A DNA stretch of 63,019 nt, filler included, from Octopus bimaculoides (Eukaryota): the NCBI RefSeq assembly GCF_001194135.2. It is 4 parts of 4 records of this genome, joined end to end, with 100 filler letters (N's around TTAATTAATTAA, not from the genome) between each part and the next. Parts side by side here need not be neighbours in the genome. Positions count along the whole stretch, not along the records: positions 1 to 27,854 come from NC_068988.1; 3 more parts are not named here. One strand, given 5' to 3'. The notes beneath the pieces were generated by a model. It saw only the letters and a list, made by a program, of their open reading frames with translations, was not told the origin of the DNA and ran no database searches. The position numbers and the translations under genes were made by a program. Of this stretch, positions 11,041 through 24,345 are shown piece by piece. Each line of letters begins with the position of its first letter. Position 1 is the stretch's first letter.

Positions 11041-12782
11041 AATTCTGGTTAGAAAAACACAAAAATTAACAATCCATTTAAAGCAAGTCATGCCAGAAAA
11101 TTTCAAATGTAAGCAGATATTATCTGTTGAAATTGAAAACAAACCAGTTGCTATGAAAATTAAAATGAACAAAGAAAACACAAGCCATTTTGTGATTGAG
11201 GATACTAAACAAGTCCTCCATGAAAAGACTCCAGATGAAATGTTGATGGAAGTGATTAGTGAAGAACACATTGTAGAAAATTCTGAAATTAGAGAACCTG
11301 AGAAAAGGTCCTTCTATTGAAAATGCTTCATTGAGGAATCATTCTAATGCAAACACTTTAAAAGATAATGAAAGTTTGCAGGTAACCGATCCAGTTTCTG
11401 CCGAGAAAAGTGTAACAAAAGGAAAATTCATAGAAATGAAAATATATATATGTTGTGAAGAAAAAATAAGTATAATTCTGTGTGGAACAAGAAAAAATCT
11501 AAATAAGAGAAAAATAATAAGTCCGTGTGAAGGATTTGTATGAAAGTGAAATACAACATTGACTTGAAGAAATAGCAGGACTGGAGCTTATTTGAAAGAA
11601 AAATAATTCTGTGTGGAAGATAAAGAAATAGTAATGAAAATAAATTTTTAAAAAATGTTGTGTTGAAAAAAAGAATCTCAAAGCGGGGAGGTGTTGTGGC
11701 AGACTCCTCCAGGTGAGAAGTGGGCTGGACCACTACTAATAAATAGTGGACTGACACAGTCAGTAAGGTCATTCGGCGAAGGTGTGCCATTCGGACCAGT
11801 CCCACAGAGATGACGAAATACATTGTCATAATGGGACATATTACTAATCATCACAAATCATATTGTCTAATGTTTTATTGATTCTGCCAATCTACAGTCC
11901 TGAATTGTGGTAATAATGACATCGTCATCATCATTATTTTATGTCCACTTTCTATGCTGGCATGGGTGGCCATGGTTCCAAGTAAGACTTGATATTCAGA
12001 GTTCCTACTCTCCTAGATCAATAGAAGACTATGTCTTACTCCAACATTTTTAGTTTGGTATCTAGAACTGGATACCCTCCCTAATACCAACCACTTTACA
12101 GAGTGTCCAAGATCCCTTTTCTCAGACACTCGAGAATATTATGTTAGAAGTAGAGTTAAGGGGGTGTGGAGTTGAGAGAGAGAGGTGTGGAATATTGACT
12201 GTTAGCAAAATGGATGATAAATGGGTGTATTGTATACAGAATGGAGTGGGCTTCAATACAAATAGGTCTAGTGCTATCTCTTATTGGTGGTATGGCCGAG
12301 TGAGAGTAAGCAAAACCAGCAAGGTTCAGTATACTCCTACACATGTGAACTCAGAATGTAAAGTAATGTAACTAAGTACTGATGCTCCATTGATTCTACC
12401 ACTAGAATAAAATTGGAATGACAGAGATCATATGGACTGCACCTGGAATTTAAACACCCAGATTTGTTTTACACACACACACACACTCAGCATCAGGCTA
12501 CCAATGTCTGTGTTATCAGTCAATAACATCATTGATCAGTCAACTGCAATATTTCTGGTCAAAATCAGCACAACATACATTTAAATGTTGTCTTGTATGT
12601 AGGTGCCACCAAAATAATGATACTTAATACTCTGGGTTCAGATTACTCCTAGGTCAAATTTGACTTTTATTGTTTCAGAGGTTTGGTGGAAATATCATAG
12701 TGTCATATCAGATTGAATTGTGATATTTGCTCTGGTTCTTAAATGTCTCTATTCAGATCTGACCTTCAAACAGCAGGCTGAC

Positions 12783-12850
12783 CCTTTTGGCCCCTTGTGA
12801 TGTCAGATGGTGACATCAATGAATGTAAACATTGAAGGTGTATAACAGGA
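12783..12850 (-). CDS. candidate internal exon of an unidentified minus-strand host gene (PVIHLQCLHSLMSPSDITRGQK)
   Basis: Acceptor ATAATCTCATCTTTAG, donor GTCAGC, open frame; start phase compatible with the 23970-24117 exon. Confidence 0.4.
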
Positions 12851-13711
12851 CTAAAGATGAGATTATATTTTAAATATAAATTAAATCTAAAATATTTCCA
12901 TATTTTCCATGTGATTCACATGTGGTTTACATATATTTTATGCATGTTTAAATGCATATTTATATGAGTGTTTTATACATGTTAAATTTAGGATTAAAAC
13001 AAAACGAATAACAAATAAATTAGAAAATATAATAGAAACAATTGGTTAAGTTTGATCTGATTTGGATAACATGAAAGCTGTGTGCATACACTGTGTGCCT
13101 CTATCTACTAGGTGTGTGTATGTGTATGTAATCTATCTACTGTCACAGTGTCTGTTTGTGTATGTATACATGTGTGTATATACACACAAACACATTAACC
13201 CTACGGAGAGCTCAATCTATTTCAACAGCTTTAAAGATGATTCTCAATCAACCTGCTGGAACAGTCTAAAACCCTTTATACAGCTGATTGCTTATATGTA
13301 TACATGCATACATATGAGGGTAAGTCAAAAATTAAATGCATTATTGTATCTGTAATTTAAATTAAAAGCAGGGATTTAACAATTACATCATTTTGTGACA
13401 TAGTCTACTTGCTTTTCCATGCACTTCTTCCAGTGGTTCACAAGTTTGCTTATTCCATTGGAGAAGAAGGTTTCCAACTGGTTGCACACTCATTTATGCA
13501 TTGTTTCTTGTGCTTCTTTGTCTGTAACAAATCAGTGACCTTGTAAAGGATATTTGAGCAGTCCAAAGGGATGATAGTTGGAAGAGGCAAGATCTGGACT
13601 GTGTGCACAGTGTTCCAACAACTCAAAACCCAGTTTTTCAATGCTATCAAGTGTGGGTGGCCACATGTGGGCATGCATTGTCGTGCAACAATAACACTTG
13701 CTTTGACAATA

Positions 13712-13875
13712 GGGCGCTTGTGCAAATCATCCCCAGTTATTTCGTTGTCGGTTAATTTGTCCCTGTTCAATTCATTGTTGATCAATTCATCCCCAGGTCA
13801 ATTCGTCCCAAAATAGTCTTAAATGTGATTTTCAAGGGAAAGTTTAGAATTAAAATTGTCATTGGACAGTTTTAG

Positions 13876-13922
<47 letters not shown>

Positions 13923-15233
13923 GATTTTCAAGCAAATTGAATTTAATTTATTCAATAAGCCTACCCATCAATGTGATCCCCTGCAAGATCATGGCTTTAG
14001 AGAAAGGGGGAAATCATTTTGGTCAATCAAGAAAATCATATGTACACAAAAATAAGCAGAATGCAGATAGACTGAAGATATAGTGGGCGTGTAAAAATCG
14101 TGTGCGCAAGGCGAGACTTCGTGCAGGTGAACATTCTAAAGAGCTTAAGAGGATTGGGATCTATAATCACACTTCAGATGCTGCAGAGGTAAATGCAAGG
14201 ATAATAGTTTCAAATATTAAAGTAAAGTCTATTTCATCTCATGATGCCCCTTATTGCTAGTGAAATTCAGAATTTAAATGACTGTACATTGTCGCAAATA
14301 CCTCCATTTGCACAGCTTAATAGGAATATTAGATGTTGGAGGTAAGCTGATAAATGAATTCTTACAGAATGAAGGATCTGATAATATAATTGTGGATTTC
14401 AGCAAAGTAGCCCATAATGGATTTCTGGAATCATTTCCTGGGTCAAATTTGGCATGCTACTTGTTTCATTTAGAACAAAATGTGTACAAGCATGTTGTGC
14501 AAGAAGGACTAAAATGCAGATATCACAAAGATGACAGTTTTAGTCTAAAAATGCAGTATTTTGTTGCCCTTGCTTTCCTGCCGGTTGATGATGTTGTAGA
14601 TGGATATGAACAACTTGCTGCTGATGATGATATTCCACAGTCAGTTGTATCCTATTTTGATAATAATTATATAGGACCACCTAAAGGATGAGGACAGAGG
14701 AGGTGACGCCTTGAACCTCCATTTCCATTACCTATATGGAATGTTTAGGACCAATGTATGATGGGGATTGCTCATACTACAAATAGTTTAGAAGCCTACC
14801 ACAGCTTGCTGGAAACCATAGTGAATATTAGTCATCTAAATCTTTGGAAACATATTGAAGTGATTAAATGTGAGGAAAGGTTTGCCAGTCCCAAATTGTG
14901 GAAGCTTATGCAAGAAAAACCAAGCCAAAAGAAAATATACAGAGATATGATCCTGTGTATAAAAATGTCATGGAAAAATATGATCCAAGCCAAAAAATTA
15001 TTTTTTTCTAAAAGCAATTGCACACAATCTTAAATTTTAAGAATAAATAAATATGTAATACAACAAACCTTAAAATAAACATTTTTTAATTCAGATATTT
15101 GTTCTTCCATTTTTCCTATGATCTCGGCGAATTAACTGATGACGAATTGACCGATGATGAATTGACAAATGACAAATTGACTGGGGACAAATTAAATGAT
15201 GACAAATTGCCATCGATGAATTGACCAGACACC
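13712..15233 (+). mobile_element. Mutator-like (MULE) element with TIRs built from ~15-bp tandem repeats
   Basis: Left arm 13712-13815 of CAATTCGTCCCC-like units, right arm 15121-15233 of inverse GACGAATTGAC-like units; degenerate 9-bp TSD (TGACAATAG / CAACTATAG, 6 of 9). Confidence 0.8.
14278..15033 (+). pseudogene. MULE transposase remnant
   Basis: IIVDFSKVAHNGFLESFPGSNLACYLFHLEQNVYK...ALAFLPVDDV...YFDNNYIG...TTNSLEAYHS. Confidence 0.85.
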
Positions 15234-17149
15234 AACTATAGATGCTGGTATTTTGTTCAAATTGCTAGTTTCAGTTTGTTGACCAGCATTTCACTTTAGC
15301 CTACACTAGTGACCCCTTTTCCAGGAAATGTTCCATCATAGGCTCTTTTGTGTCCCAAAAACCGAAAGTTGAATTTCAAATTTCTTTTTTTGCTGGTGTT
15401 TCCAGTTGTTTCCACTCCATACACAGCCATTATGGAGTCTGTCTCAAAGTGATGGGACCCAGGTGTCATCTCTTGTGACTATTCTCTCTGCAAAAGCTTC
15501 ACTTTCATCATTGTAGCAGTTGGGTAAGCGTTGACAGATCTGCACAGGATTGTGCTTATGCACTTTGGTAAGCTCTCTTGGCACCCATCTCAACACAGAC
15601 TTTATGGAAGTGAAACTTGTCATGAATGATTTCATATGCAGAACGATACTAATTTGCAAAGAATATGTCACCTCATCAATGGTCATGTGTCAGTTCATTA
15701 GAACCATCTCTTGAACTTGTTAAATCTTCTTGTCAGTGGTGGATGATGATGGGTGTCCTGCTCGTGAATTTTTTTTTCTCACAAGAGTTCTGGACCCCAG
15801 TTATTAACTCATTTGCATAGTTATTTGTGTTGTTGTTTACTTTGTAAAGCAGTAAGGGTTGCTAGCACATCAACCTCTACCCACATTTTTCCCATCCACA
15901 TCTTTACCATATGGGACCCTCACAAAATCTGATAATCAGTATAGATGCAAATCTATTTAATTACTTGTCTCCTTCTAAAATCAGGCATAACATGGCGATC
16001 GGTTGACTTAGAACACCGTTCTTCATCTTGAGTTTATTTGGTAGAGTGTGTTTGTTAACTTGACAACAAAATCAAGGTGAGCTCTGATTGGTTGTATGCA
16101 AATGAGTTCATTACTGGAGTTTGGAACTCTCATGGGAAAACAATTTCGCGTCCTTCATTGGAATCAGAGTTTGATCTTGCAAACATCAATGAAACTGATT
16201 GAAATTTCTTGAATAAATTACCAATATATTTATTAGCCACACTTACACACATATATGTATATCTCCGCACATACACAAACACACTCTGATAGCAGATCCT
16301 TGTTGTAGCAAATGGAATGGACAATATAAAAGGTAGAACATAAATAGCATCTTTGTTTATAGGTTGATTTGGTCATGGCAATAGCATTATGAACATTGCT
16401 GGGAGAGCTGGACAATGTTGTTGCTCATGGAAGTTACAAATAGGGCATTGACGGGGAAGAGGTAAGTAAGGAGGGAGGGAAAGAGAAAAATCACTAGTTA
16501 GACTCTGCATTTCTCTGAATAACTCCCAGAGAACAAGCTTCATTGATTGCCTGATTGAAATGCAATGAGGAGTTTTCCAGGAGTCTGTTAAATTTGACCC
16601 AAAAAGATCTCAGAAATAAATGCATCTCTAATGCTCCCATTGGCATGAAAAGTTCAGTAAGGATTATATGCACATACATATATGCATGTGTTTGCATGGA
16701 TGACAGTACACTTGTTCTTAGCAATTATGCAAAGAAAGAGGCTTGGAAGTGTCACTCTGAAAGGCTGCTAAATGTAGAGAATGCATGAGAGGAGAATCTG
16801 CCTATGTAGACCCAACAGAAGGACCATCTATTCAAATCAACAGTACCCTGGTAGATAAAGCTATGAAGGATACGAACACATTGAAAGCTCCTAGCTGATC
16901 AGGAAATACCACTGAGAGTGGTATATAGCCTAGTCACCCATTTAGTTAATTAAATTGTTCATAAATGACTAGTGTAGCCGCATTATAGTCAACTGTACAA
17001 AAGTAAAGGTCACATCTTAGACAGAAATAATTACAGAGGTATCAAATTGCTAGACCAGTTGAGTTAATTTAGCAAAGACCAAAGTCCTAGTAAGTAGGAA
17101 AACAGACAAATCATTGATCCCTCTCCCAGCCAAGTGGTCTTTATCTTGC

Positions 17150-17520
17150 AAGCTTTTGGGTGCTGGTGCCACATAAAAAGCACTCATGCCACATAAAATG
17201 CACCCATTCCAGTGCCACATAGAAAGCAACCATGCCAGTGTCGCATTAAAAAGCACCCAGGCTGGGGTCATGCATAAAGCATTCATGCTGGTGTCATGTA
17301 TAAAGTACTCATGCTAGTTCCACATATAAAGCGCCTGTGCTGATGTCATGTAAAAAGCATCCAGTACCCTCTGTAAAGCAGTTGGCATTAAGAAAGGTAT
17401 CCAACTGTAAAAACTATACCAAAACAGACAAGTGGAGCCTGTTGGAGCTCTGCAGCTGGCTAGCTCCTGTCAAACTGTCTAACTCATGCCAGCATGGAAA
17501 ATAGATGTTAAATAGTAATG
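17150..17520 (+). mobile_element. RTE-tailed SINE copy with internal ~25-bp minisatellite
   Basis: About eight copies of TGCTGGTGCCACATAAAAAGCACCCA-like units (17160-17365), then the GTTGGCATTAAGAAAGGTATCCAACTG...CATGCCAGCATGGAAAATAGATGTTAAA tail. Confidence 0.7.
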
Positions 17521-17902
17521 GGGAAGAGGATGAATATCTACCTATGTACTTCTGTCAACTACAATTCCTACTGATTCCTACTCCTATCCCTCTTACTCTT
17601 CTGACCCCCAAAATCTGCCATATCATTCTTTCTTGATTCCTTCACCTTCATCAACTCTGCAGCATTGATTTCTATTTCAAATCCGAATGCAAAAGAATGC
17701 AACAATTCTCCTTGTATTGAGAACACCCTTGATCAGTTGTGGACCCTGCACTTTGCTGGGCCCAAGCCATTGACCATGCTACCACTCTGTTACTCTCTTT
17801 ATGCATACCTACAGACTTTGTTCCACTCTCTCACTGTCCACCCCTCTGTCCTTTCATAGAAAGATAAACTCATTCACAACTTCCAAATGCTACACTTAGA
17901 AC

Positions 17903-18500
<598 letters not shown>

Positions 18501-18903
18501 TAGTTCAATAATTCCTTTTCTTATCCTTTAACTCCCTTCTCACTTTATCTTTTTCCTTCTCATCACTCTCACCTTTGCCTGCTTCTCCTCTCATTCCTTC
18601 TCCCTCTCTCACCCAGTTTCCCTCTCCTATTACATCTTGATCATGTATGAAGCTGACATAGTCCTGTATTCTTTATCAGTTGCAGCCAGTTTTTCTAACT
18701 TAGAGGATGTAAAACTCTTCTGTCTCTCTTTAATTATTCTCCTGTCAACTTTTCCATGAAAAAGGACTCTGTCCAAAACAATGGATTATCTTTTCTCCTC
18801 AGCATGTTCATGGCCCTCTTTGTCAATTTTACTATATATATATATGCAATATCAAGCGCACATACACAAAGTATGTGTTTTGCCAGATTATAGGCAAAAG
18901 ATA

Positions 18904-19291
18904 ATATGTTCTCATCAATTCACTTGGTGTTAAAACACCCGGAGGTCATAGACAAGCAAGATAACTTGCATCAGATCCTGTTGCAGGACTGATAGACATT
19001 AATGTTTTGTCATCTTTGTGACTTGTCAATAACATGTACTTGAAACGAAACCAGATGTAAGCTAAATTGCTATCTATGGTTATTTACAAAATGGTGTAAG
19101 AACCATTTTGCATATAGTCATAGACAGTGATTCAGCTTGTATCTAGGCTTGTTTCCAGTACGCAGTATTGACAAGTAACAAAAATGACAAAACATGGTCT
19201 ACTACTCTTATAAGACAACCTGATGCAAGTTATCTCGCTTGCCTATGACTTCCAGGTGTTTCAACACCTGGCAAATTGATGAGAATATATT
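18904..19291. mobile_element. MITE-like inverted repeat (~125-bp arms, ~135-bp spacer)
   Basis: Arm 18904-19031 (TTCTCATCAATT...AAACACCCGGAGGTCATAGACAAGCAAGATAACTTGCATCAG...ATGTTTTGTCAT...ACTTGTCAATA) matches the reverse complement of 19166-19291. Confidence 0.75.
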
Positions 19292-19520
19292 CTTTGTTAA
19301 ACCACGCAACCCATGACAGCATGATTTGCTGCTGCTGCTATATATACAATTACCACCTCACTCACAACTGTGAAATTATTGCCCAAAACAGTGAAATACT
19401 TATTTTCTAACATTTGTCTTTTTGTTTCCTGTTTTACTTTCTGCTATTTTCTTTTTTTAATGTGTATGTGTGTATGTTTGTGTTTGTATGCATGTAGATG
19501 TATATGTGTATGACAGTTAC

Positions 19521-22500
19521 CAGTGGTGAGCATGGTTCCGCTAATCTGCTAATAGCTAATTAGTGAAGCTAACTTTCTGTTTAGCAGATTAGCATTTTTG
19601 CTAACTCTGGAAACCATTAGTGGACCAATTAGCTTCCACTAAATTTAGTTTCACTAACTCTAAGTCCACTAACAAAATTCATACGTTTGTTCCTGACTGT
19701 TGGGGATGTGTCTCAAAGAGTCTGTCAGGCACGCTGGTGGCTGACTACATGTACACATGACAAGACGTAATTGGTCGACGCAGCAGCAGCAGCTAGCTGA
19801 GCAGTATTGTGTAATTCTGCGGTTTTGAGTTGTGTTCACTTACAACATTGTCACATTATAGACAGTCTACACTGTCAGCAACAGCAGTGTATGTTATTGG
19901 CTTATCAAGTTATTGCTTATCATTATGGAAGGTGAAGACATTTTTGTTCAGCCTGAGGATGAAGGGCCTGTTGAAGAATCTGCAATGGCTGTGGGTGAGG
20001 CAGAGGTTGCTCAGGTTGAGANNNNNNNNNNNNNNNNNNNNNNNNNNNNNNNNNNNNNNNNNNNNNNNNAGCTGAGCAGTATTGTGTAATTCTGCGGTTT
20101 TGAGTTGTGTTCACTTACAACATTGTCACATTATAGACAGTCTACACTGTCAGCAACAGCAGTGTATGTTATTGGCTTATCAAGTTATTGCTTATCATTA
20201 TGGAAGGTGAAGACATTTTTGTTCAGCCTGAGGATGAAGGGCCTGTTGAAGAATCTGCAATGGCTGTGGGTGAGGCAGAGGTTGCTCAGGTTGAGAGCCA
20301 GGAGTCTCAACCTGTGGCCCCACCTGGATGACTACTTTGTCCTTATGTCAAGGGATAAGAGGAATACCAAAATTCTGTACTTCTGATGCATCATGTGCCA
20401 GCCCAAGGAGATCACCCTCAAGGAACAAGTGTTGAGCCTCTACAACTTCAACTGGAATGTCAAAAGGAAACACCCAGCACATGCCATCCAGTTTGAAGAG
20501 AAGATCAAGACCAACTCTTCCCATGGGAAACACAGGCAGTTTTCTGGTAGCAATGCCAGTAGCCAGTCATTGCAGCCATGTGCAAAGAAAGCCACCAGCC
20601 CAGCATTGGCAAGGCATTTTCCCAAACTGCTGGTACTGGCATCCGTCAGTCTATGGTGGACAGAAGAATTGTAGACTTGTTTGTCAACATGCCACCACTG
20701 CATGTAGTGGAGTCCCCTACTATTGTCAGCCTGATCAAGACACAGAACCCTAGCAAGATGTCGATGTTACACTACACCCTTGGTAGGATGATCTTGGCCA
20801 GCCATAAACAGCTGGAGGAGTATCTTACAAGGTATTTAGAAATTAAAATTATACATGTTTATTAAATTACTAGTGTGCTGTNNNNNNNNNNNNNNNNNNN
20901 NNNNNNNNNNNNNNNNNNNNNNNNNNNNNNNNNNNNNNNNNNNNNNNNNNNNNNNNNNNNNNNNNNNNNNNNNNNNNNNNNNNNNNNNNNNNNNNNNNNN
21001 NNNNNNNNNNNNNNNNNNNNNNNNNNNNNNNNNNNNNNNNNNNNNNNNNNNNNNNNNNNNNNNNNNNNNNNNNNNNNNNNNNNNNNNNNNNNNNNNNNNN
21101 NNNNNNNNNNNNNNNNNNNNNNNNNNNNNNNNNNNNNNNNNNNNNNNNNNNNNNNNNNNNNNNNNNNNNNNNNNNNNNNNNNNNNNNNNNNNNNNNNNNN
21201 NNNNNNNNNNNNNNNNNNNNNNNNNNNNNNNNNNNNNNNNNNNNNNNNNNNNNNNNNNNNNNNNNNNNNNNNNNNNNNNNNNNNNNNNNNNNNNNNNNNN
21301 NNNNNNNNNNNNNNNNNNNNNTAGGATGATCTTGGCCAGCCATAAACAGCTGGAGGAGTATCTTACAAGGTATTTAGAAATTAAAATTATACATGTTTAT
21401 TAAATTACTAGTGTGCTGTCAGAAATGATGGCATGAAAATGATATGGAAAATTGAATTAAAATTAAAAGATTACAACCTTCAACACCACGTTTATAGTGA
21501 AAATCCTACCACCAATGAATTCGCCTCTTGTTTTGAGTGGTCCTTTACCAACATTTTCATATTAATACTGCTTCTACTCTTTGCAACATAAAGTCGTCCA
21601 TGACTGAATACTAGTGACAGTAGGATGATGCCAACATTATTGAAGTTCTGCTCTTGTGATTTGTTTGCAGTCATTGCAAATACTGGAATTACAGGAAACT
21701 GTTGTCTACTCATACTAAAGGGAAAGGTTGTCTCACTGGGACAGAGGCTGATGCGCGGAATAAAGGCCTCCTCTCCTTTCTTACTTCCAAGTATTTTTCC
21801 ATGAATGAAAAAATCCTTGATGGACAGCACTAAGATCCAGGTCCCATTGAGTAAACCTGTCATTGGGTTCAACTAAAATTATCAGTGAACTGATAACGAA
21901 CATTATATACTGTAAATATACACGCACACATTGGAACTGAAATATTAGAGCAAAAGATCTTCATAAAATGTAAACAAATCATTTCACCTGTGAAATGATT
22001 CTTCTGAGTGTCCACTAACCCTATTTTATAGGGAAGCCTCTGCAGGGATATATAATGTAATAGGATGTGCCAGACATGTTAGTATCAACATTTTCTAACT
22101 AACTTTTGTTTTCAATGATACTCCTGTTAATATTTATTTCAAGAACCTTTCCCAAGGTCTTATGTTGAAATAAAGAATATATATTTGATTGTTAACTTCG
22201 TTATATTTCCTTCTTTACAATATATATATATATACTGGCAGGCATCATGAAAAGGTTTGGGCTCCTCCTAGAAGACTTGGAGAGCCAGCTGGCCACTGCT
22301 CTCCACTCCAAATTTTGCCTGTTCTGGCTGGAGCAGTATAATAATAGCCAGGTTAGCAGAGTGACAAATGCCATGGTGACCATCTTAGAGACAGCACTTA
22401 ATGGAGACCTATGAGGAGTGCAGCAGTACCACCAGCAATGAAGATGAGAAAGATGATTTCTTCAGCAACATCACTTGGTTCCAGGAGAGCAGGAGCCACA

Positions 22501-23189
22501 GATCACTGAAGTCCAAGGCACATAACTTGAAGATGACCTGGTTGGAGGCCGTCTCAAAGGAGGTCCTGACTGAAGCCGCCTTTTTGGGCAAGCAGGTCTT
22601 TATCGACCACTATCCCAGCCAGTGCTGCAGTTGAGTGTCTATTCTCTATAAGCAATGATATTTTGAGGGCCAAGAGAGCCACCCTGTCAGATGGTAACTT
22701 TGAGAGGACAACCGGCGTCGTGTCGAGGTGATGGAGAAGGCCAAATCAGAGTAGTACACTTTGATCATCATCTGATCTTGGCATGATACCTATGCCATAC
22801 TATATATTTTTGATTCATTTAATACTTTTTGTACTGTAAATAAAGTGTATATTCACTGAAAAACAAATGTTTAATTTCACTTGTTCATTTAATTATTTGT
22901 GTACATCTTGATCATCACCTGATCTTGGCATGCTGTACCTTTTTGGAAAGCTCTATATCTAAGCTACATGAAAATTTCAGCTCTCTAGGTCTGTTTTTAA
23001 GTTTTAGAGCCAAAAAAAAAACAAATTGAAGCTAAATTCATATAATAAAAGTTACTGGTTATCAGTTAGCGTTAGCTTCTGCTAATTTTTTTTGCCTGTT
23101 TAGTGGTTTAGCATTAGTAAAGTTAATTTTTTAGTTAGTAGATTAGCGGTTAGCGAAGCTAACTTTTTGGTATGCTGTGCCCACCACTG
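19521..23189 (+). mobile_element. hAT (Ac/Tol2-like) DNA transposon, internally deleted and decayed
   Basis: TIRs CAGTGGTGAGCATGG / inverse CAGTGGTGGGCACAG; 8-bp TSD ACAGTTAC (19513-19520) / ACAGTTAT (23190-23197); subterminal GCTAAC/TTAGC repeats; BED-like CIMCQPK...KHP; dimerisation motif PASAAVECLFS...KRATLSDGNFE (~22615-22710). Confidence 0.9.
21408..22235 (-). mobile_element. Helitron deletion derivative carrying the PIF1 helicase C-terminus, nested in the hAT
   Basis: ORF 21492-21872: LNGT...FIPRISLCPSETTFPFSMSRQQFPV..FAMTANKSQ...VFSHGRLYVAKSR; 3' hairpin TGCCATCATTTCTGACAGCA then CTAG|T at 21408-21411; TA-rich 5' end near 22235 without a clear TC. Confidence 0.85.
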
Positions 23190-23969
23190 ACAGTTATCTT
23201 TCCATTCACTCAATCATTAAATCACTCCCTTTCTCCTTCATCTACTTGTATTTTACTATTTATTTCTTAATTCATCTAAGCACTTTTTCTCTCTAACACA
23301 TGCACGTAATTACAGAACCAGACCTCTTATCTCACTTCCAGAAATCCAGAATTACCTAAAAGATGTCTACCTTTGAAATTGGCTAGTTTTGAATTTTGCG
23401 GGCTAGCTATAGTCCATCACATGGCCACATTGTTGGTTAATTTGCAGACAGTTTGTTTAAAATATTGTTCTGTCCTTTTGTAAGTGGAATGACAAAGTAT
23501 AGAAATGTATTAATTTGTATCTGTTAAAAATTTCTCCATTCAATTTTCATCCTATAAACATTATACTCTCAGTGGATTTATAATTATCAGACAGATCCAG
23601 CTTTAGAAGTATATTAATTTGAATTTGTTAAATACAATAGAGTTCTTTACTTATTATAGTTTATTTTAAATACATATGTAGTTTATTCTAAATGCATATG
23701 TAGGTTGTCTTCAGAAAACCATAATACCCAGAAATCTAGGCCATTTCTGGTCCCAAGCTTGCCAGATAATTGGTCTGGTACTATATTACAAACTTTGTGT
23801 ATTCTATTTGTTCTACTTTTTCTACTTATTCACACGAACAAATGGCGGTGCCCCAGCATGGCCACAGCTCATGAGCTGAAACTAGATAAAATGAAAATGA
23901 AAAATAAAATGAAATCAATAAGCACATTCATATAAGTATACATTGGATGAAAAATGTACACATTCATAC

Positions 23970-24117
23970 TGGCAAGCAGTGTCATAATCCACTGTGAATT
24001 CCAGATCCAATGTAGGGAAGATTCCAGGTGTGGTGTTTACATAAACAAAGAACACAGATGGGTTGAAGTTCACTACAGCTTGTTTCAGACATGTTTTTTT
24101 ATTGATGAATGTACCAA
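23970..24117 (-). CDS. candidate internal exon of an unidentified minus-strand host gene (GTFINKKTCLKQAVVNFNPSVFFVYVNTTPGIFPTLDLEFTVDYDTAC)
   Basis: Acceptor T11-ACAATGCAG, donor GTATGA, 148-nt stop-free frame, non-repetitive. Confidence 0.5.
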
Positions 24118-24279
24118 CTGCATTGTAAAAAAAAAAACATTTACTTCAGGTGAATTGAAACTTAAAAATTAAAAATTTGGTTCAGAGAAAATATATAAGG
24201 AATGTGTGATGACCCTCTCATTTTGGCAACAGGTCAGACTATATATATATATATATATATNNNNNNNNNNGAGTTCACT

Positions 24280-24345
<66 letters not shown>

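Larger units (their letters stand above)
8927..11843 (+). mobile_element. non-autonomous LTR retroelement with short (~153 bp) LTRs
   Basis: LTRs 8927-9079 (TG...CA) and 11692-11843 (TG...TA); TSD CTAAT at 8922-8926 and 11844-11848; PBS TGGCGACAAGG at 9081-9091; PPT AAGCGGGGAGG at 11681-11691. Confidence 0.9.
13315..15760 (-). mobile_element. mariner (DD34D-type) transposon remnant, split by a MULE insertion
   Basis: Minus-strand WVPRELT...RIVTRDDTWV (15444-15686) and LLHDNACPH...HSPDLASSNYHPF...WKKCMEKQVDYVTK* (13388-13711); TA+TGAGGGTAAGTCAAAAA TIR-like end at 13313; right boundary approximate. Confidence 0.85.
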
